Origin: an uncultured Acidobacteriota bacterium
Lineage (GTDB): Bacteria > Acidobacteriota > Thermoanaerobaculia > Multivoradales > JBCCEF01
Length of the DNA: 64,000 nucleotides
Direction: 5' to 3'
Assembly: GCA_963730155.1 (NCBI GenBank)
Contig: CAVSQV010000006.1
Span: 22,774 to 86,773, forward strand
Shown: one piece after another, positions 31,844 through 44,018 of the stretch
How the letters are laid out: each line of letters begins with the position of its first letter
How positions within the stretch are numbered: position 1 is the stretch's first letter
Position numbers and translations under genes: made by a program
Notes under the pieces: generated by a model
What the model saw: only the letters and a program-made list of their open reading frames with translations
What the model was told of the DNA's origin: nothing
Database searches by the model: none

Positions 31844-32911
31844 ATGGGCGATCTCTTCCTCCGCGCCTGCCGCGGCGAGCCGGTCGAGCGGGTGCCGGTG
31901 TGGATGATGCGCCAGGCCGGCCGCTACCTGCCGGAGTACCGCGCGATCCGCGCCGAGCACGACTTCCTGTCGATGTGCAAGACGCCGGAGGTGGCGGCCG
32001 AGGTCACCCTCCAGCCGGTGCGGCGGCTGGGCGTCGACGCCGCGATCGTCTTCGCCGACATCCTGCTGCCGCTCGAGGCGATGGGCGCCGAGCTGCGCTT
32101 CGTCCAGGGCGACGGGCCGCACTTCCCCGAGCCGGTGCGCCGGCGCGAGGACCTCGCCCGGCTGTCGCGGCCGGACGTCGAGGCGACCCTCGGCTACGTC
32201 TTCCGGGCGCTGCGCCTGGTGCGCGCGGAGCTCGACAGCCTGGGCCCGAGAGAGGCGTACCCGTGATCGGCTTCGGCGGCACCCCGTGGACCCTCGCCGC
32301 CTACCTGGTCGAGGGGGGCGGCTCGAAGCACTTCGAGCACCTGCTGTCGTGGAGTTACGCCGACCCGGCCGGGCTCGCCGAGCTGACCGCGACTCGCATC
32401 GCCGACATCTCGATCGACTACCTCGCCGGCCAGGTCGCGGCGGGCGCCCAGGCGCTCCAGCTCTTCGACACCTGGGGCGGGCTGCTCGACGGCGCGCGCT
32501 GGCGCGAGGTCGCCCGGCCGCCGCTCGAGCGGGTGATCGAGCGCCTGCGCGCCGAGCACCCCGAAGTGCCGTTGATCTACTACGTCAACGGCGGCGCGCA
32601 CCTCCTGCCCGAGCTGCGCGAGCCTGCCGGTCGACGTCCTCTCGGTCGACTGGCGGCTGCCGCTCTCCGAGGTGCGCCGGATCGTCGGCCCCGGCCGGGT
32701 GCTCCAGGGGAACCTCGACCCGGCGGCGCTCCTCGCCCCGCCGGAGGAGATCGAGCGCCGCGCCGAAGCGATGCTCGCCGACGCCGCCGGCGGTCCCCAC
32801 GTCGCCAACCTCGGCCACGGCATCCTGCGCTGGACCCCGCCCGAGCACGCGGCGGCGTTCGTGCGCACGGTGCAGGAGCGCTCGGCGGCGATCCGCGCCG
32901 GGGCTCGCTGA
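31844..32911 (+). CDS. hemE: Uroporphyrinogen decarboxylase, frameshifted
   Basis: [63 protein letters not shown]. Confidence 0.93.
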
Positions 32912-32964
32912 GCGGCCTGCGGCGCCGGCGCGGACCCGATCGACCCTGGCCGGTCCGAACCGGA

Positions 32965-33527
32965 TCAGTCGATGCAGACGTCGCCGAAGTAGACCCCGCG
33001 GTCGGGGTTGACGAACACCAGCCCGCCTGCCGGCGTCCGGTAGACCGTGTTGCGGCTCGCCTCCTCCGGCGTGTCGGGCTCGTGCCGGCCGGGCACGAAC
33101 TCCAGGCCGTCGATTCGCGCCCGCACCGCCGCCCTGAGCGCCGCGCCGTCGAGAGGCCGCTCGGGCGAGGTGAGCACGACGAAGACCGCGACCAGCCTGC
33201 TCTCTTCCGTGGTCCCCGACATCTCGAGGTCGAGCGGTGTGCCGAGCACCTCGACCCGCAGCGCCGGCTTCTCGCAGCCGAGCAGCCGCTCCGGCTCGAC
33301 CGCTGGCGGCAGGCGCTTCCCCACCGCGACCTCGACCTCGCGGTAGCTCATCCCGAGCACCAGCCCGTCCCAGCCCAGCCGCCCGCGCCGCTCGTGGAGC
33401 TGCCGCAACGGTTCCAGCCGCCCGGCGTCGGGCGAGCCGGCGGGGACCGAGCCGCAGCCGGCGGCGAAGAGGGCGAGAGTCGCGAGCGCGGAGGCGGCAG
33501 CCCTCCGGGCGGTCAGCCGGGTTTTTC

Positions 33528-33531
<4 letters not shown>
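32965..33531 (-). CDS. Hypothetical lipoprotein
   Basis: MRKTRLTARRAAASALATLALFAAGC lipobox. ATGA overlap with the upstream gene. Confidence 0.65.
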
Positions 33532-35279
<1,748 letters not shown>

Positions 35280-35314
35280 GCGGTCACTCTACCGCCGCCG
35301 GCCGCCCCGGACCC

Positions 35315-36574
35315 TCACTCGTACCGCAGCGCGTCGATCGGATCGAGCGCCGCCGCGCGCGTGGCCGGATAGATGCCCGAGGCGAGGCCCACCGCCATCG
35401 CCACGCCGGTCGAGAGCAGGATCGAGCCGTGCCGGTGACCACCGTCTCCCAGCCGGCGTAGGCGGCGACGCCGCGGGCGATGGCGAGGCCGACGGCGATG
35501 CCCGTCGAGGCCGCCGATCAGGCTGATCGCGAACGACTCGACGACGAACTGGAAGCGGATGTCGCCGCGCCGCGCGCCCACCGCGCGCCGCACGCCGATC
35601 TCGCGCGTCCGCTCCAGCACCGTGGCCAGCATGATGTTCATGATCCCGATGCCGCCGACCAGGAGCGAGATGCCGGCGATGCAGCCCATGACCACGTTGA
35701 ACAGCCGCTGCGTCCGCCGGCTCTGCGGCGAGGAGCGCCTCGGGCACCACCAGCTCGTAGTCGTCCGCGCCGCCGTGCAGGCGGTCGAGCAGCGTCGTCG
35801 ATCAGCCGCGCGGCCTCGCCGGCGCGTCGGCGCCTTCCGTCGAGGCGGACGACGATCTCGTCGAGCGGCGCGGCCAGAGCGGGTCGCGATCGAACTTCCG
35901 CTCGGCGGTCGGTCACCGGGAGGTAGATCTCGCTCGCCGGCGAGCCGATGCTGCACCCCCTGGAAGCTCGTCCGCCGTCGGCTCCGCCGGCGCGAGCACG
36001 CCCGACCACCTCCAGCCAGACGTCGTTGACCTTGAAGGTCTGCCGCCAGGGCCGGGCCGTAGCCGAACAGGTCGCGCCGCACCCCGGGGCCGATGACCGC
36101 GACCTGGGCGTGGTCCGCTCGTCGCAGCGGATCGAGGAAGCGCCCCTCGGCGAGGTCGCAGGCGGGCCAGCTCGGCATGGCGGGCCGAGACGCCGAAGAC
36201 GGTGCGCCGTCGGTCTTGCCGGCGGCCGAGATCACCTTGTAGGGCTCGATCTCGATGCGCGGCGCCACCAGCTCCACCCCGGGCACGGCCTCGGCGATCG
36301 CCGCGGCGTCGCGCAGCGAGACGCCCGAGCGACTTCTGGCGGATCTCCTGGGCCTCCTGCGTCCGGCAGCGTCCCGCGCCCGCACCAGGACGTTGCGCAG
36401 CCCGAGCCGCTCGATCATCGCCGAGCGCCTGCCGCTCGGCGCCGGCGCCGATCGAGAGCATGGCGATCACCGCGCCGACGCCGAAGATCATGCCGAGCAT
36501 GGTCAGCGCCGAGCGCAGCTTGTGCGCCGCCAGGTTGCCGAGCGGCGCGAGAGCAGGGCCTCGCGCGGGCTCAC
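35315..36574 (-). CDS. MacB/FtsX-family ABC transporter permease, frameshifted
   Basis: HKLRSALTMLGMIFGVGAVIAML, ISLLVGGIGIMNIMLATVLERTREIGVRRAVGA, LDPIDALRYE. Confidence 0.9.
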
Positions 36575-37905
36575 CGCGCGGCGCCTCCGAGCGGTGCCGG
36601 CGCCGCGGGGCCGCCGCGCCGGGGATCGCCTCCTCGGCGCCGTCCGCCTCGGCCGGCCGGCCGCTCGCTCGGGGTCGATCGAGCGCCACCTCGTCCCCCG
36701 CCGCGAGCCCCTTCTCGATCACCACCCGCCCCATGCGTCGCCGGCCCGAGGGTCACCTCCACCGGCTCGAAGCCGCCGTCCTCGGCGCGACGGTAGACGA
36801 TCCGCTCTCCTTCCTGCTCGAAGACCGCCTGGCGCGGCACGGCGAGCGCATCCGGCCGCTCCTGCAGGACTCGAGCGTGGCCCGCACGCGCTGCCCCGGC
36901 TTCATCGTCTGCGGGATCGGTCGTCTCGAGCTTCAGGATGACGCGCGAAGTACTGCACCGGCGAGCCGCGGAGGCGCGGCTTGGCCAGCGGCGTCGACCC
37001 GGCGGATCGTCGGCCGGCCAGGCGTCGTCCGGCCGCGACTCAGGACCACCGTCGGCGCGCTGGCCCGGCGGCCAGGCCGCCGGCGTCGGCCTCGAGCACG
37101 AAGACCTCGGCCTCCATCTCGGCGAGGTCCGGGATCTCGGCCAGCGGCTGGCCGTTCCAGACCGTGTCGCCGACCCGCGGCGGCTCGCCGCGCCAGTCGC
37201 GCTTGCAGGATCAGGATGCCGTCGTGCGGCGCGGCCACCTCGAGCGCGCGCAGCCCCTGCTCGGCCGCGCTCGATCTTGAGCTCGCGCCTTCCGGCGCTC
37301 GATCTCGAGCAGCTGCGAGCTCGGTGACGCCGAGCCGCTCGCGGGTCGGCGGGCGCCGCGGGCGTGCTCCTCGGCGCTCGACGGCCAGCTCGCGGTCGAT
37401 CTCGGACTCGATGATCTCGTGAGCGCGAGTAGATCACCTCGTCCTTCTTCTGGAAGCTGCTGCGGCGGTCTTCGAGCTCCTCGCGGGCGAGCCGGCGTCG
37501 CGCTCGAGCTTGTCGATCTCGGACTCGACTCTGCGACCTCGGCCTTGACCGTCTTGACCTCGGCGGTGGCCAGCTCCGTCTCCGGCGCTCGGCCAGCTGC
37601 TCCGCCATCTCGGTCGGATCGAAGCGGACCACCACCTCGCCGGCGCGCACCGGGCTGCCGTCGGCGACGAGCCAGGCGATGCGCCCCGCCTGCCCGAGCT
37701 CGACCGGCACGCTGACCGGAGTCGCGCGCACCGCCGCGAGGTGCCCCTCAGCCGGGACCCGGCGGACGAAGTCGCGGCGCTCGACGCGCGCCGTCGGCAC
37801 CTCCGAGGCTGCGCCGAAGAGCGGTGAGAAACCCCACCCGACGGCGGCGGCGACCGCCAGGGCGCCGGCGACGACGGCGGCGAGGGCGGCGCTCCTCCGC
37901 CTCAC
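36571..37905 (-). CDS. Efflux periplasmic adaptor (HlyD/MacA-like) 3, frameshifted
   Basis: N-terminal TM, GRIAWLVADGSPVRAGEVVVRFD, APHDGIL, ALAVPRQAVF, VVIEKGLAAGDEV. Confidence 0.8.
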   Translation of the reverse strand: MRRRSAALAAVVAGALAVAAAVGWGFSPLFGAASEVPTARVERRDFVRRVPAEGHLAAVRATPVSVPVELGQAGRIAWLVADGSPVRAGEVVVRFDPTEMAEQLAERRRRSWPPPRSRRSRPRSQSRVRDRQARARRRLAREELEDRRSSFQKKDEVIYSRSRDHRVRDRPRAGRRAPRSTPAAPADPRAARRHRARSCSRSSAGRRELKIERGRAGAARARGGRAARRHPDPASATGAASRRGSATRSGTASRWPRSRTSPRWRPRSSCSRPTPAAWPPGQRADGGPESRPDDAWPADDPPGRRRWPSRASAARRCSTSRVILKLETTDPADDEAGAARAGHARVLQERPDALAVPRQAVFEQEGERIVYRRAEDGGFEPVEVTLGPATHGAGGDREGARGGGRGGARSTPSERPAGRGGRRRGGDPRRGGPAAPAPLGGAAR

Positions 37906-39140
37906 GCCCCACCCCGCCAGTCGTCGGGCGGGCGCGCCGCCAGCCGGTCGCCCGGCTCGAGGCCGGCGAGCACCTCCACCCAGTCGCCGGTGCGCAGGCC
38001 GATCTCCGGCCGCACCGTCTCGACCCCCAGGCGTCCGCGGCGGAACGCCACCGGCCCGGACGGGCTGCCGAACACCGCGTCGGCCGGGGCGCGCAGGGCG
38101 TCCTCGACCCGCTCGACCTCGATCTCGCCCGAAAAGCGCATCCCCGGCCGCATCCGCTCGGGATCGGTCTCGTCGAGCGCGACCTCGATCCGGACCACCT
38201 TCGCCGCGCTCGCCGCCGAGCGCCGCTGCACGCTGTCGCGGATCGCGCTCACCCGCCCGCGGTAGACCCGGTCGGGGTGGGCGTCGAGGCGCAGGGTGAC
38301 CGGCCGCCCCGGGGCGACCCGTCCGGCGTCGGCCTCGTCGATCTCCCCCTCGGCCATCATCCGGGAGAGGTCGGGGATCTCGACCACCCGGTCGCGCATC
38401 CAGATCGTGTCGCCGACCTTCGGCTTCTCGTGGCCGCGGCTCGCATAGTGGATGACGGTGCCGGCGCTCGGCGCCTGGACGGTCATCCGCCCGATCGTGG
38501 CGTCGATCTCGGCGACCCGCGCGGCGGCGCGGTCGCGGCGCTCGGCGAGGGCGGCGATCCGCGCCCGACCCTGGAGCGCCAGGAGCTCGATCCGGCGCCC
38601 GAGGTGCGCCATCTCGTCCTTCGCCAGCTCGAGGTCGATGCGGGTGGCCGCCAGCTCGTTGGCGCCGATCAGCTCCGCGGGCACCTCGACCTTGAGGTCC
38701 GCCTTGCGCAGCCGCGCCTCGGCCTCGGCCAGCCGCAGCTCGGCGTCGCGGCGGTCGCGCTCGACCTCGGTCCGGAGCTTGTCCAGCTCGGCAGCGGCGG
38801 AGTCCCGCTCGGCCTCCTGCTCGAGCTTCTGGCGCTCCAGGTCGGAGGCGTCGAAACGGAGCACCGGCGTGCCGGCGGCGACCTCCGCCCCCTCCGGGGC
38901 CAGGAAGGAGATCTTGAAGTTCCAGACGTCGCCGACCAGCGGCGGGCCGAGGAGGTCCGAGCGCACCGCGCGCAGCGTGCCGGAGGTCTCGATCCCGACC
39001 ACCAGGGGCCCGCGGTCGACCTCGAGCCACTCGGCCTCCTCGTCGCCCGCGGCCCACCAGACCAGCGCGCCGGCGGCGAGCAGGGCGAGCCCGGCAGCGG
39101 TCCGCCGCGGCCAGCGCCTGCGGGCCCCGGGCGTGGTCAC
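37902..39140 (-). CDS. Efflux periplasmic adaptor (HlyD/MacA-like) 2
   Basis: LAPEGAEVAAGTPVLRFD, coiled coil, APSAGTV, MRPGM, GLEPGDRL. Confidence 0.88.
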   Translation of the reverse strand: MTTPGARRRWPRRTAAGLALLAAGALVWWAAGDEEAEWLEVDRGPLVVGIETSGTLRAVRSDLLGPPLVGDVWNFKISFLAPEGAEVAAGTPVLRFDASDLERQKLEQEAERDSAAAELDKLRTEVERDRRDAELRLAEAEARLRKADLKVEVPAELIGANELAATRIDLELAKDEMAHLGRRIELLALQGRARIAALAERRDRAAARVAEIDATIGRMTVQAPSAGTVIHYASRGHEKPKVGDTIWMRDRVVEIPDLSRMMAEGEIDEADAGRVAPGRPVTLRLDAHPDRVYRGRVSAIRDSVQRRSAASAAKVVRIEVALDETDPERMRPGMRFSGEIEVERVEDALRAPADAVFGSPSGPVAFRRGRLGVETVRPEIGLRTGDWVEVLAGLEPGDRLAARPPDDWRGGA

Positions 39141-40432
39141 CCCGCCGCCTCCGCCGGCGGCGCCGCCGGCTCCGGGGCGCGCGCCAGCCGCTCGCCGGGG
39201 GCCAGCGCCTCGCCCTCCGCGGGCACCACGGCGCAGCGCAGGGCGTCGCAGCCGTCGACCCGCACCCGGCGCCAGCCGCCGTCCGCGAGCCGCACCCGCG
39301 GCGCCTCGCCGTCGAGGTCGAGCGCCGCCCGCGGCACCACAAGCCCCTCGGCGGTCGCCGGCGCGAGCACCTCGACCTTGACCGACATCCCGGGCCGCAT
39401 CCGCTCGGGGTCGACCTCGTCGAGCGCCACCTGGACCGGGAAGAAGCGCCGCTGGCCGCCCCCCCCGTCGGCCCGCGCCACCGGTCCGACCTCGGTCACC
39501 CGGCAGCCGAGCGTCTGGTCCGGGTAGGCGTCGACCGTACAGCGCGCGGCGAGCCCGGGCGTCACCTCGCCGTCGTCAACGTCGGGCAGCTCGGCCTCGA
39601 CCGCGAGCGAGGAGAGGTCCGGGATCCGCATCACGGTCAGGCCGACCCAGATGGTGTCGCCGGCCTGGAGCGGCCGGCCCTCCCAGGGGTGGTCCTCGAC
39701 CACCAGGATGCCGTCGCTCGGGGCGTCGAGGCTGAGCGCGGCGAGCGCGCGCTCGGCGATCGCAATCTCGCGCCGGGCCCCGGCCAGGGCGATCTCGGCG
39801 ACCTCGACCTCGGACCTGCCGGTGCGGCGGGCGGTCGCCAGCTCCTCCTCGGCCTTGGCCAGCCCGGTCGCCGCGCGGTCGCGCGCCAGCCGCCGCTCCT
39901 GGTGGTCGCGGGCGGAGACGAGCGTCTCGGGGACCGCCGCCTCCAGCTCGGCCTTGGCCAGGTCGGCGCGCCGCTGGCGCACCGCGAACTCCTTGTCGGC
40001 GAGCGCCAGCTCGGCCTCGGCGCGCAGGCGCACCAGCTCCTCAGCCTGCTGCGCGGCGGCGAGGCGCTTGTCCTCCAGCTCGCGCGCGAACTGCTCGTTC
40101 TCGAGCTCGAGCACCTTCTGCCCGCGGCGCACGCGCGCGCCGTTCTCTTCCATCCAGCGGATCTGCATCTGCCAGGTGGGCGATTCCGGGACCACGATGT
40201 CGTCGGCGCGGACGGCGCGCAGCTCGCCGGTCAGGAGCAGCCGCGGCTCGACCGAACCGCGCTCGGCGACCAGCTCGGGCGCCGCGGTGCCGGCGGCGCC
40301 GGCGGCCGCGCTTTCGTTAGACGGAGCCGCGGCGGAGGGCCCGCCGCAGCCGGCGGCCGCCGCCGCGGCGAGCAGGATCGCCGCGCGCCAACCGGGGCGC
40401 CCCGGCGGCCTGGAGGGGGGGCTCTCGCACAT
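39137..40432 (-). CDS. Efflux periplasmic adaptor (HlyD/MacA-like) 1, lipoprotein
   Basis: Lipobox AAGC, ENGARVRRGQKV, APSDGIL, MRPGMSV. Confidence 0.88.
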   Translation of the reverse strand: MCESPPSRPPGRPGWRAAILLAAAAAAGCGGPSAAAPSNESAAAGAAGTAAPELVAERGSVEPRLLLTGELRAVRADDIVVPESPTWQMQIRWMEENGARVRRGQKVLELENEQFARELEDKRLAAAQQAEELVRLRAEAELALADKEFAVRQRRADLAKAELEAAVPETLVSARDHQERRLARDRAATGLAKAEEELATARRTGRSEVEVAEIALAGARREIAIAERALAALSLDAPSDGILVVEDHPWEGRPLQAGDTIWVGLTVMRIPDLSSLAVEAELPDVDDGEVTPGLAARCTVDAYPDQTLGCRVTEVGPVARADGGGGQRRFFPVQVALDEVDPERMRPGMSVKVEVLAPATAEGLVVPRAALDLDGEAPRVRLADGGWRRVRVDGCDALRCAVVPAEGEALAPGERLARAPEPAAPPAEAAG

Positions 40433-40475
40433 CCGCTAAGAGTCTACGACGGAGCGCCCGAAATGGTTGGGGGAA

Positions 40476-41441
40476 TCACCCCGCCGCGGCCGCGTGCCGC
40501 GCGCGGAACCAGGCGGCGGTGCGCTCGAGGCCCGCGGCGAGCAGCAGTGCCGGTCCGAGCCCCAGCTCGCGCCGGCCGCGCGCGGGGTCGATCGAGGAGC
40601 GGCGCTGTTCGCCCGGGCGCGGCGGCCCGTGCGCCGGCTCGGCCGCGACCCCGAGCGCGCGCGCCAGCTCGCGGTACAGCTCGACCACCGAGACCTCCAG
40701 TCCGGTGCCGACGTTGTAGATCGCGAAGCCGGGCCGACCGGCGGCGGCGAGGTTGGCGGCGACGACGTCCGAGACGTGCACGTAGTCGCGGGTCTGGAGG
40801 CCGTCGCCGTTGATCGTCGCCTGGGCGCCGGAGAGGAGCCGATGGAGGAAGATCGCCACCACCCCGGCCTCGCCGTGCGGGTTCTGGCGCTCGCCGTAGA
40901 CGTTGGCGTAGCGCAGGCAGACGGCGCCGAGCCCGTGCTCGCGGTGGTAGACGTAGAGGTAGCGCTCGGCCGCCAGCTTGGCGACGCCGTAGGGCGAGAG
41001 CGGCCGCTCCCGGTGCTCCTCGGGCGCCGGGTAGACCTCCTGCTCGCCGTACATCGCGCCGCCGGTCGAGGCGAAGAGCACCTGTCGCACGCCGCCGCGG
41101 CGCGCCCCCTCGAGCAGGTTGAGCGTGCCGAGGACGTTGACCCCGGCGTCGTGGAGCGGATCGGCGACCGAGCGGCCGACGTCGATCTGCGCCGCCTGGT
41201 GGACCAGGACCTCGGCGCCGCTCGCGGCCACCAGCTCGGCGGCCGCCGGCGATCGGACGTCGAGCACGTGCAGCTCGGCGCCGGCGGGGACGTTCTCGCG
41301 CCGGCCGGTCGACAGGTCGTCGATCACCACCACCCGGCAGCCGCGGCCGAGGAAGCCCTCGGCGAGGTGGGAGCCGATGAAGCCGGCGCCGCCGGTCACG
41401 ACCACGGTGCGGGGCTCGAAGGAGGGCGAGTCGGCGGCCAC
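40476..41441 (-). CDS. NAD-dependent epimerase/dehydratase (UDP-glucose 4-epimerase-like)
   Basis: VTGGAGFIGSH, HQAAQIDV, ASTGGAMYG, YGVAK (YxxxK), LRYANVYG, QTRDYVHV. Confidence 0.9.
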   Translation of the reverse strand: MAADSPSFEPRTVVVTGGAGFIGSHLAEGFLGRGCRVVVIDDLSTGRRENVPAGAELHVLDVRSPAAAELVAASGAEVLVHQAAQIDVGRSVADPLHDAGVNVLGTLNLLEGARRGGVRQVLFASTGGAMYGEQEVYPAPEEHRERPLSPYGVAKLAAERYLYVYHREHGLGAVCLRYANVYGERQNPHGEAGVVAIFLHRLLSGAQATINGDGLQTRDYVHVSDVVAANLAAAGRPGFAIYNVGTGLEVSVVELYRELARALGVAAEPAHGPPRPGEQRRSSIDPARGRRELGLGPALLLAAGLERTAAWFRARHAAAAG

Positions 41442-41624
41442 GGGGGGAACCTCTCGATGCGGTGGTTGCCAGGGTGTTGCGATGAAACGCCGGACGCGCG
41501 GGCGGCGAGTGGCCGGCGGCGGCGCCCAGAGGTTACCATCGGCACCACCGCCGAGCGACCCGATGCAGCCCACCGCAAGCGAACCGCCGCGCCCTCCCCG
41601 AGGCGCCGCCGGGTCCCGGCGACC

Positions 41625-42992
41625 GTGAGCGCCGGAGCCGACGGCGCCGCCGGGCGCGGCCGGGGGGCCTCCGACGATCCGCTCTTCGCGTACCGCCCCG
41701 CCCCGGCCGACGGTCTCCTCGCCGCCGCGTCCGTCGTCGAGCGGGGGGCACGCGCCCTGCTCCGCCGCCTCTCGCCGGGACCCACGCCCGGGTCGGGGGG
41801 ATCTCGTGAGTGGCCCGCGGTGCGACCGCCGGGGACCGGCGGTGCCCCGGCCGCCTCGCCCCCGGCCGTCCGCGGAGCGCCGATCCTCTATCTCCCCGCC
41901 CTGCCCTGGGCCTACCGCTTCCAGCGCCCGCAGCAGCTCGCGCTGGCCCTGGCCGCGCGCGGCGTGCCCGTGGTCTGGGCCGAGGGGTTCCTGCGCACCC
42001 GGCTCCAGCCGCGGCTCCAGGTGGCCGCGCCCGCCGGCGGCCTGCGGGTGGTGCGGATGCGGGTGCCCGGCCGCCCAGACCCGTTCCGCGAGCCGCTGCC
42101 GGCCGCGGCCGCACTCGATCTCGCCGCCGCCCTCGCCGGCGGACTGCGCGAGGCCCCGCGGGCGATCGTCGCCCAGCTCCCGTTCTGGTCGCCGCTGGCG
42201 CGGGCGCTGGCGAGCCGCTTCGGCGTGCCGCTGGTCTACGACCGGATCGACCTCCACGCCGGTTTCCCCGGCGTGCCGCCGGCGATCGGCGCGGTCGAGG
42301 AGGAGCTGATCGCGGCCGCCGGCCTGGTGACCGCGACCTCCGAAGCGCTGGCCGACCTGCCGCGCCGCCTCGGAGTCCGCACGGTGATCCTGCGCAACGC
42401 CTGCGATCCGGCCGCCTTCGCCGCCCCGCCTCGAGAGGACGATCCGGCCGCCGAGGCGAGGCGGGACCGCGCGATCGCGGCCGGCCTAGTCGGCGCCCTC
42501 GACGACCGCATCGACGCCGGCGCGCTCGAAGCCGCGGCCCGCGCCCACCCGTCGTGGCGTTTCCGCCTCGCCGGCCGCGTCGACTCCGCCGCCGTCGCCG
42601 CGCTGGCGCGGCTTCCGAACGTCGAGCTGGTCGGCGAGATCCCCTACCGGTCCGTGCCGGGGTTCCTCGCCGGCCTCGACCTCGGTCTGGTCCCCTACCG
42701 CGACACGCCGCTGACCCGGGCGATCGACCCGGTCAAGCTCTACGAGATGCTCGCCGCCGGCCTGCCGGTGGCGCTCCGCCGCTTGCCCGGAGCGGCGACC
42801 GCGGGCGCCGCCGCGCTCGGCCCGCCCCTGGTCTACCCCTACGACGACCCCGCCGAGCTGCCGGCGCTGCTCGATCGAGCCCGCGCCGAGGACTCCGCCG
42901 AGTCGCGCGAGCGCCGCCGCGCCGTCGCGCGCGCGGAGAGCTGGGACCATCGCGCCGCGGCGCTGCTGGCAGCCCTGGCCGGCGAGTGCTAG
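41625..42992 (+). CDS. GT-B (GT4-like) glycosyltransferase, start uncertain
   Basis: WAYRFQRPQQLA, VYDRIDLH, LRNACD, GEIPY, PVKLYEMLAAGLPV, ESWDHR. Confidence 0.85.
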   Translation: MSAGADGAAGRGRGASDDPLFAYRPAPADGLLAAASVVERGARALLRRLSPGPTPGSGGSREWPAVRPPGTGGAPAASPPAVRGAPILYLPALPWAYRFQRPQQLALALAARGVPVVWAEGFLRTRLQPRLQVAAPAGGLRVVRMRVPGRPDPFREPLPAAAALDLAAALAGGLREAPRAIVAQLPFWSPLARALASRFGVPLVYDRIDLHAGFPGVPPAIGAVEEELIAAAGLVTATSEALADLPRRLGVRTVILRNACDPAAFAAPPREDDPAAEARRDRAIAAGLVGALDDRIDAGALEAAARAHPSWRFRLAGRVDSAAVAALARLPNVELVGEIPYRSVPGFLAGLDLGLVPYRDTPLTRAIDPVKLYEMLAAGLPVALRRLPGAATAGAAALGPPLVYPYDDPAELPALLDRARAEDSAESRERRRAVARAESWDHRAAALLAALAGEC

Positions 42993-43022
42993 CCTCCGCC
43001 GGCCCCATTCCCACCGTCCCCC

Positions 43023-44018
43023 ATGACCGAAGCCCCGCTCGCCACCGTCGTCGTCTGCACGCACAACCGCTCGCGCCTCCTGGCCGAGGCGTGTACGGCG
43101 GCGCTGGCGGTCGACTACCCGTCCGAGCGCTGGCAGCTCCTGATCGTCGACAACCGCTCGAGCGACGACACCCTGGCGGTGGCACGCGAGGTGGCGGCGG
43201 CGCACCCGGGGCGGGTGCGGGTGGTCGAGGAGCCCGAGATCGGCCTCTCGGCGGCACGCAACCGGGGCGTCGCCGAGGCGCGAGGCGAGGTGATCGCCTT
43301 CCTCGACGACGACGCCTACCCCGAACCGCAGTGGCTCGCCGCGCTCGCCGACGCGCTCACCGCCGGCGGCGCGCTGGCCGCGGGGGGCCCGGTCGAGCCG
43401 CTCTACGCCGGGAGCCTGCCGCCCTGGTTCGTCGACCGCTACCTCCCCTACCTGACGGTCTGGGACCGCGGCCCCGAGCCCCACGACCTGGCCTACAACG
43501 AGTTCCCGCGCGGCGCCAACGTCGCGTTCCACCGCCGCGCCTTCGAGCGCTACGGCGGCTTCTCGACCCGCCTCGGCAGGAAGGGCGCCTCGCTCCTCTC
43601 GTGCGAGGAGACCGAGCTGTGCCTGCGGATCGAGCGCGGCGGCGACCGCGTCGTCTACGTCCCCGCCGCCCGCGTCCGCCACCGCGTCGCCGCCGACCGG
43701 ATCACCCGCCGCTGGCTGATCGACCGCTTCGCCGCCCAGGGGCGCTCGGAGGCGATCATCGACTGGCGCCACTGGGGCTTCGCCGGGCTCGGCCGCGGCC
43801 TCCGGCAAGGGATCGGCAACGTCGTCACCTCGCACCGCGCCCGCCGCGGCGCCGCCGACCCCGAGGCCGCCGGCCTCCTCCACCGCTGCCACCGGGGGAC
43901 GCTCCGGGGCTACCTGCGTTCCGCCCTCACCGTGCCGCTCACCCTCCGGCGCTGGCGCCCGGGCGTCCGAGCCGGCTCTCAGAGTCGCACGCCACCCCCC
44001 GACCGGTTCCCCCGGTAG
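43023..44018 (+). CDS. GT2 family glycosyltransferase
   Basis: VVVCTHNR, VDNRSSDDT, GLSAARNRG, AFLDDD, GANVAF, EETELC. Confidence 0.92.
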   Translation: MTEAPLATVVVCTHNRSRLLAEACTAALAVDYPSERWQLLIVDNRSSDDTLAVAREVAAAHPGRVRVVEEPEIGLSAARNRGVAEARGEVIAFLDDDAYPEPQWLAALADALTAGGALAAGGPVEPLYAGSLPPWFVDRYLPYLTVWDRGPEPHDLAYNEFPRGANVAFHRRAFERYGGFSTRLGRKGASLLSCEETELCLRIERGGDRVVYVPAARVRHRVAADRITRRWLIDRFAAQGRSEAIIDWRHWGFAGLGRGLRQGIGNVVTSHRARRGAADPEAAGLLHRCHRGTLRGYLRSALTVPLTLRRWRPGVRAGSQSRTPPPDRFPR

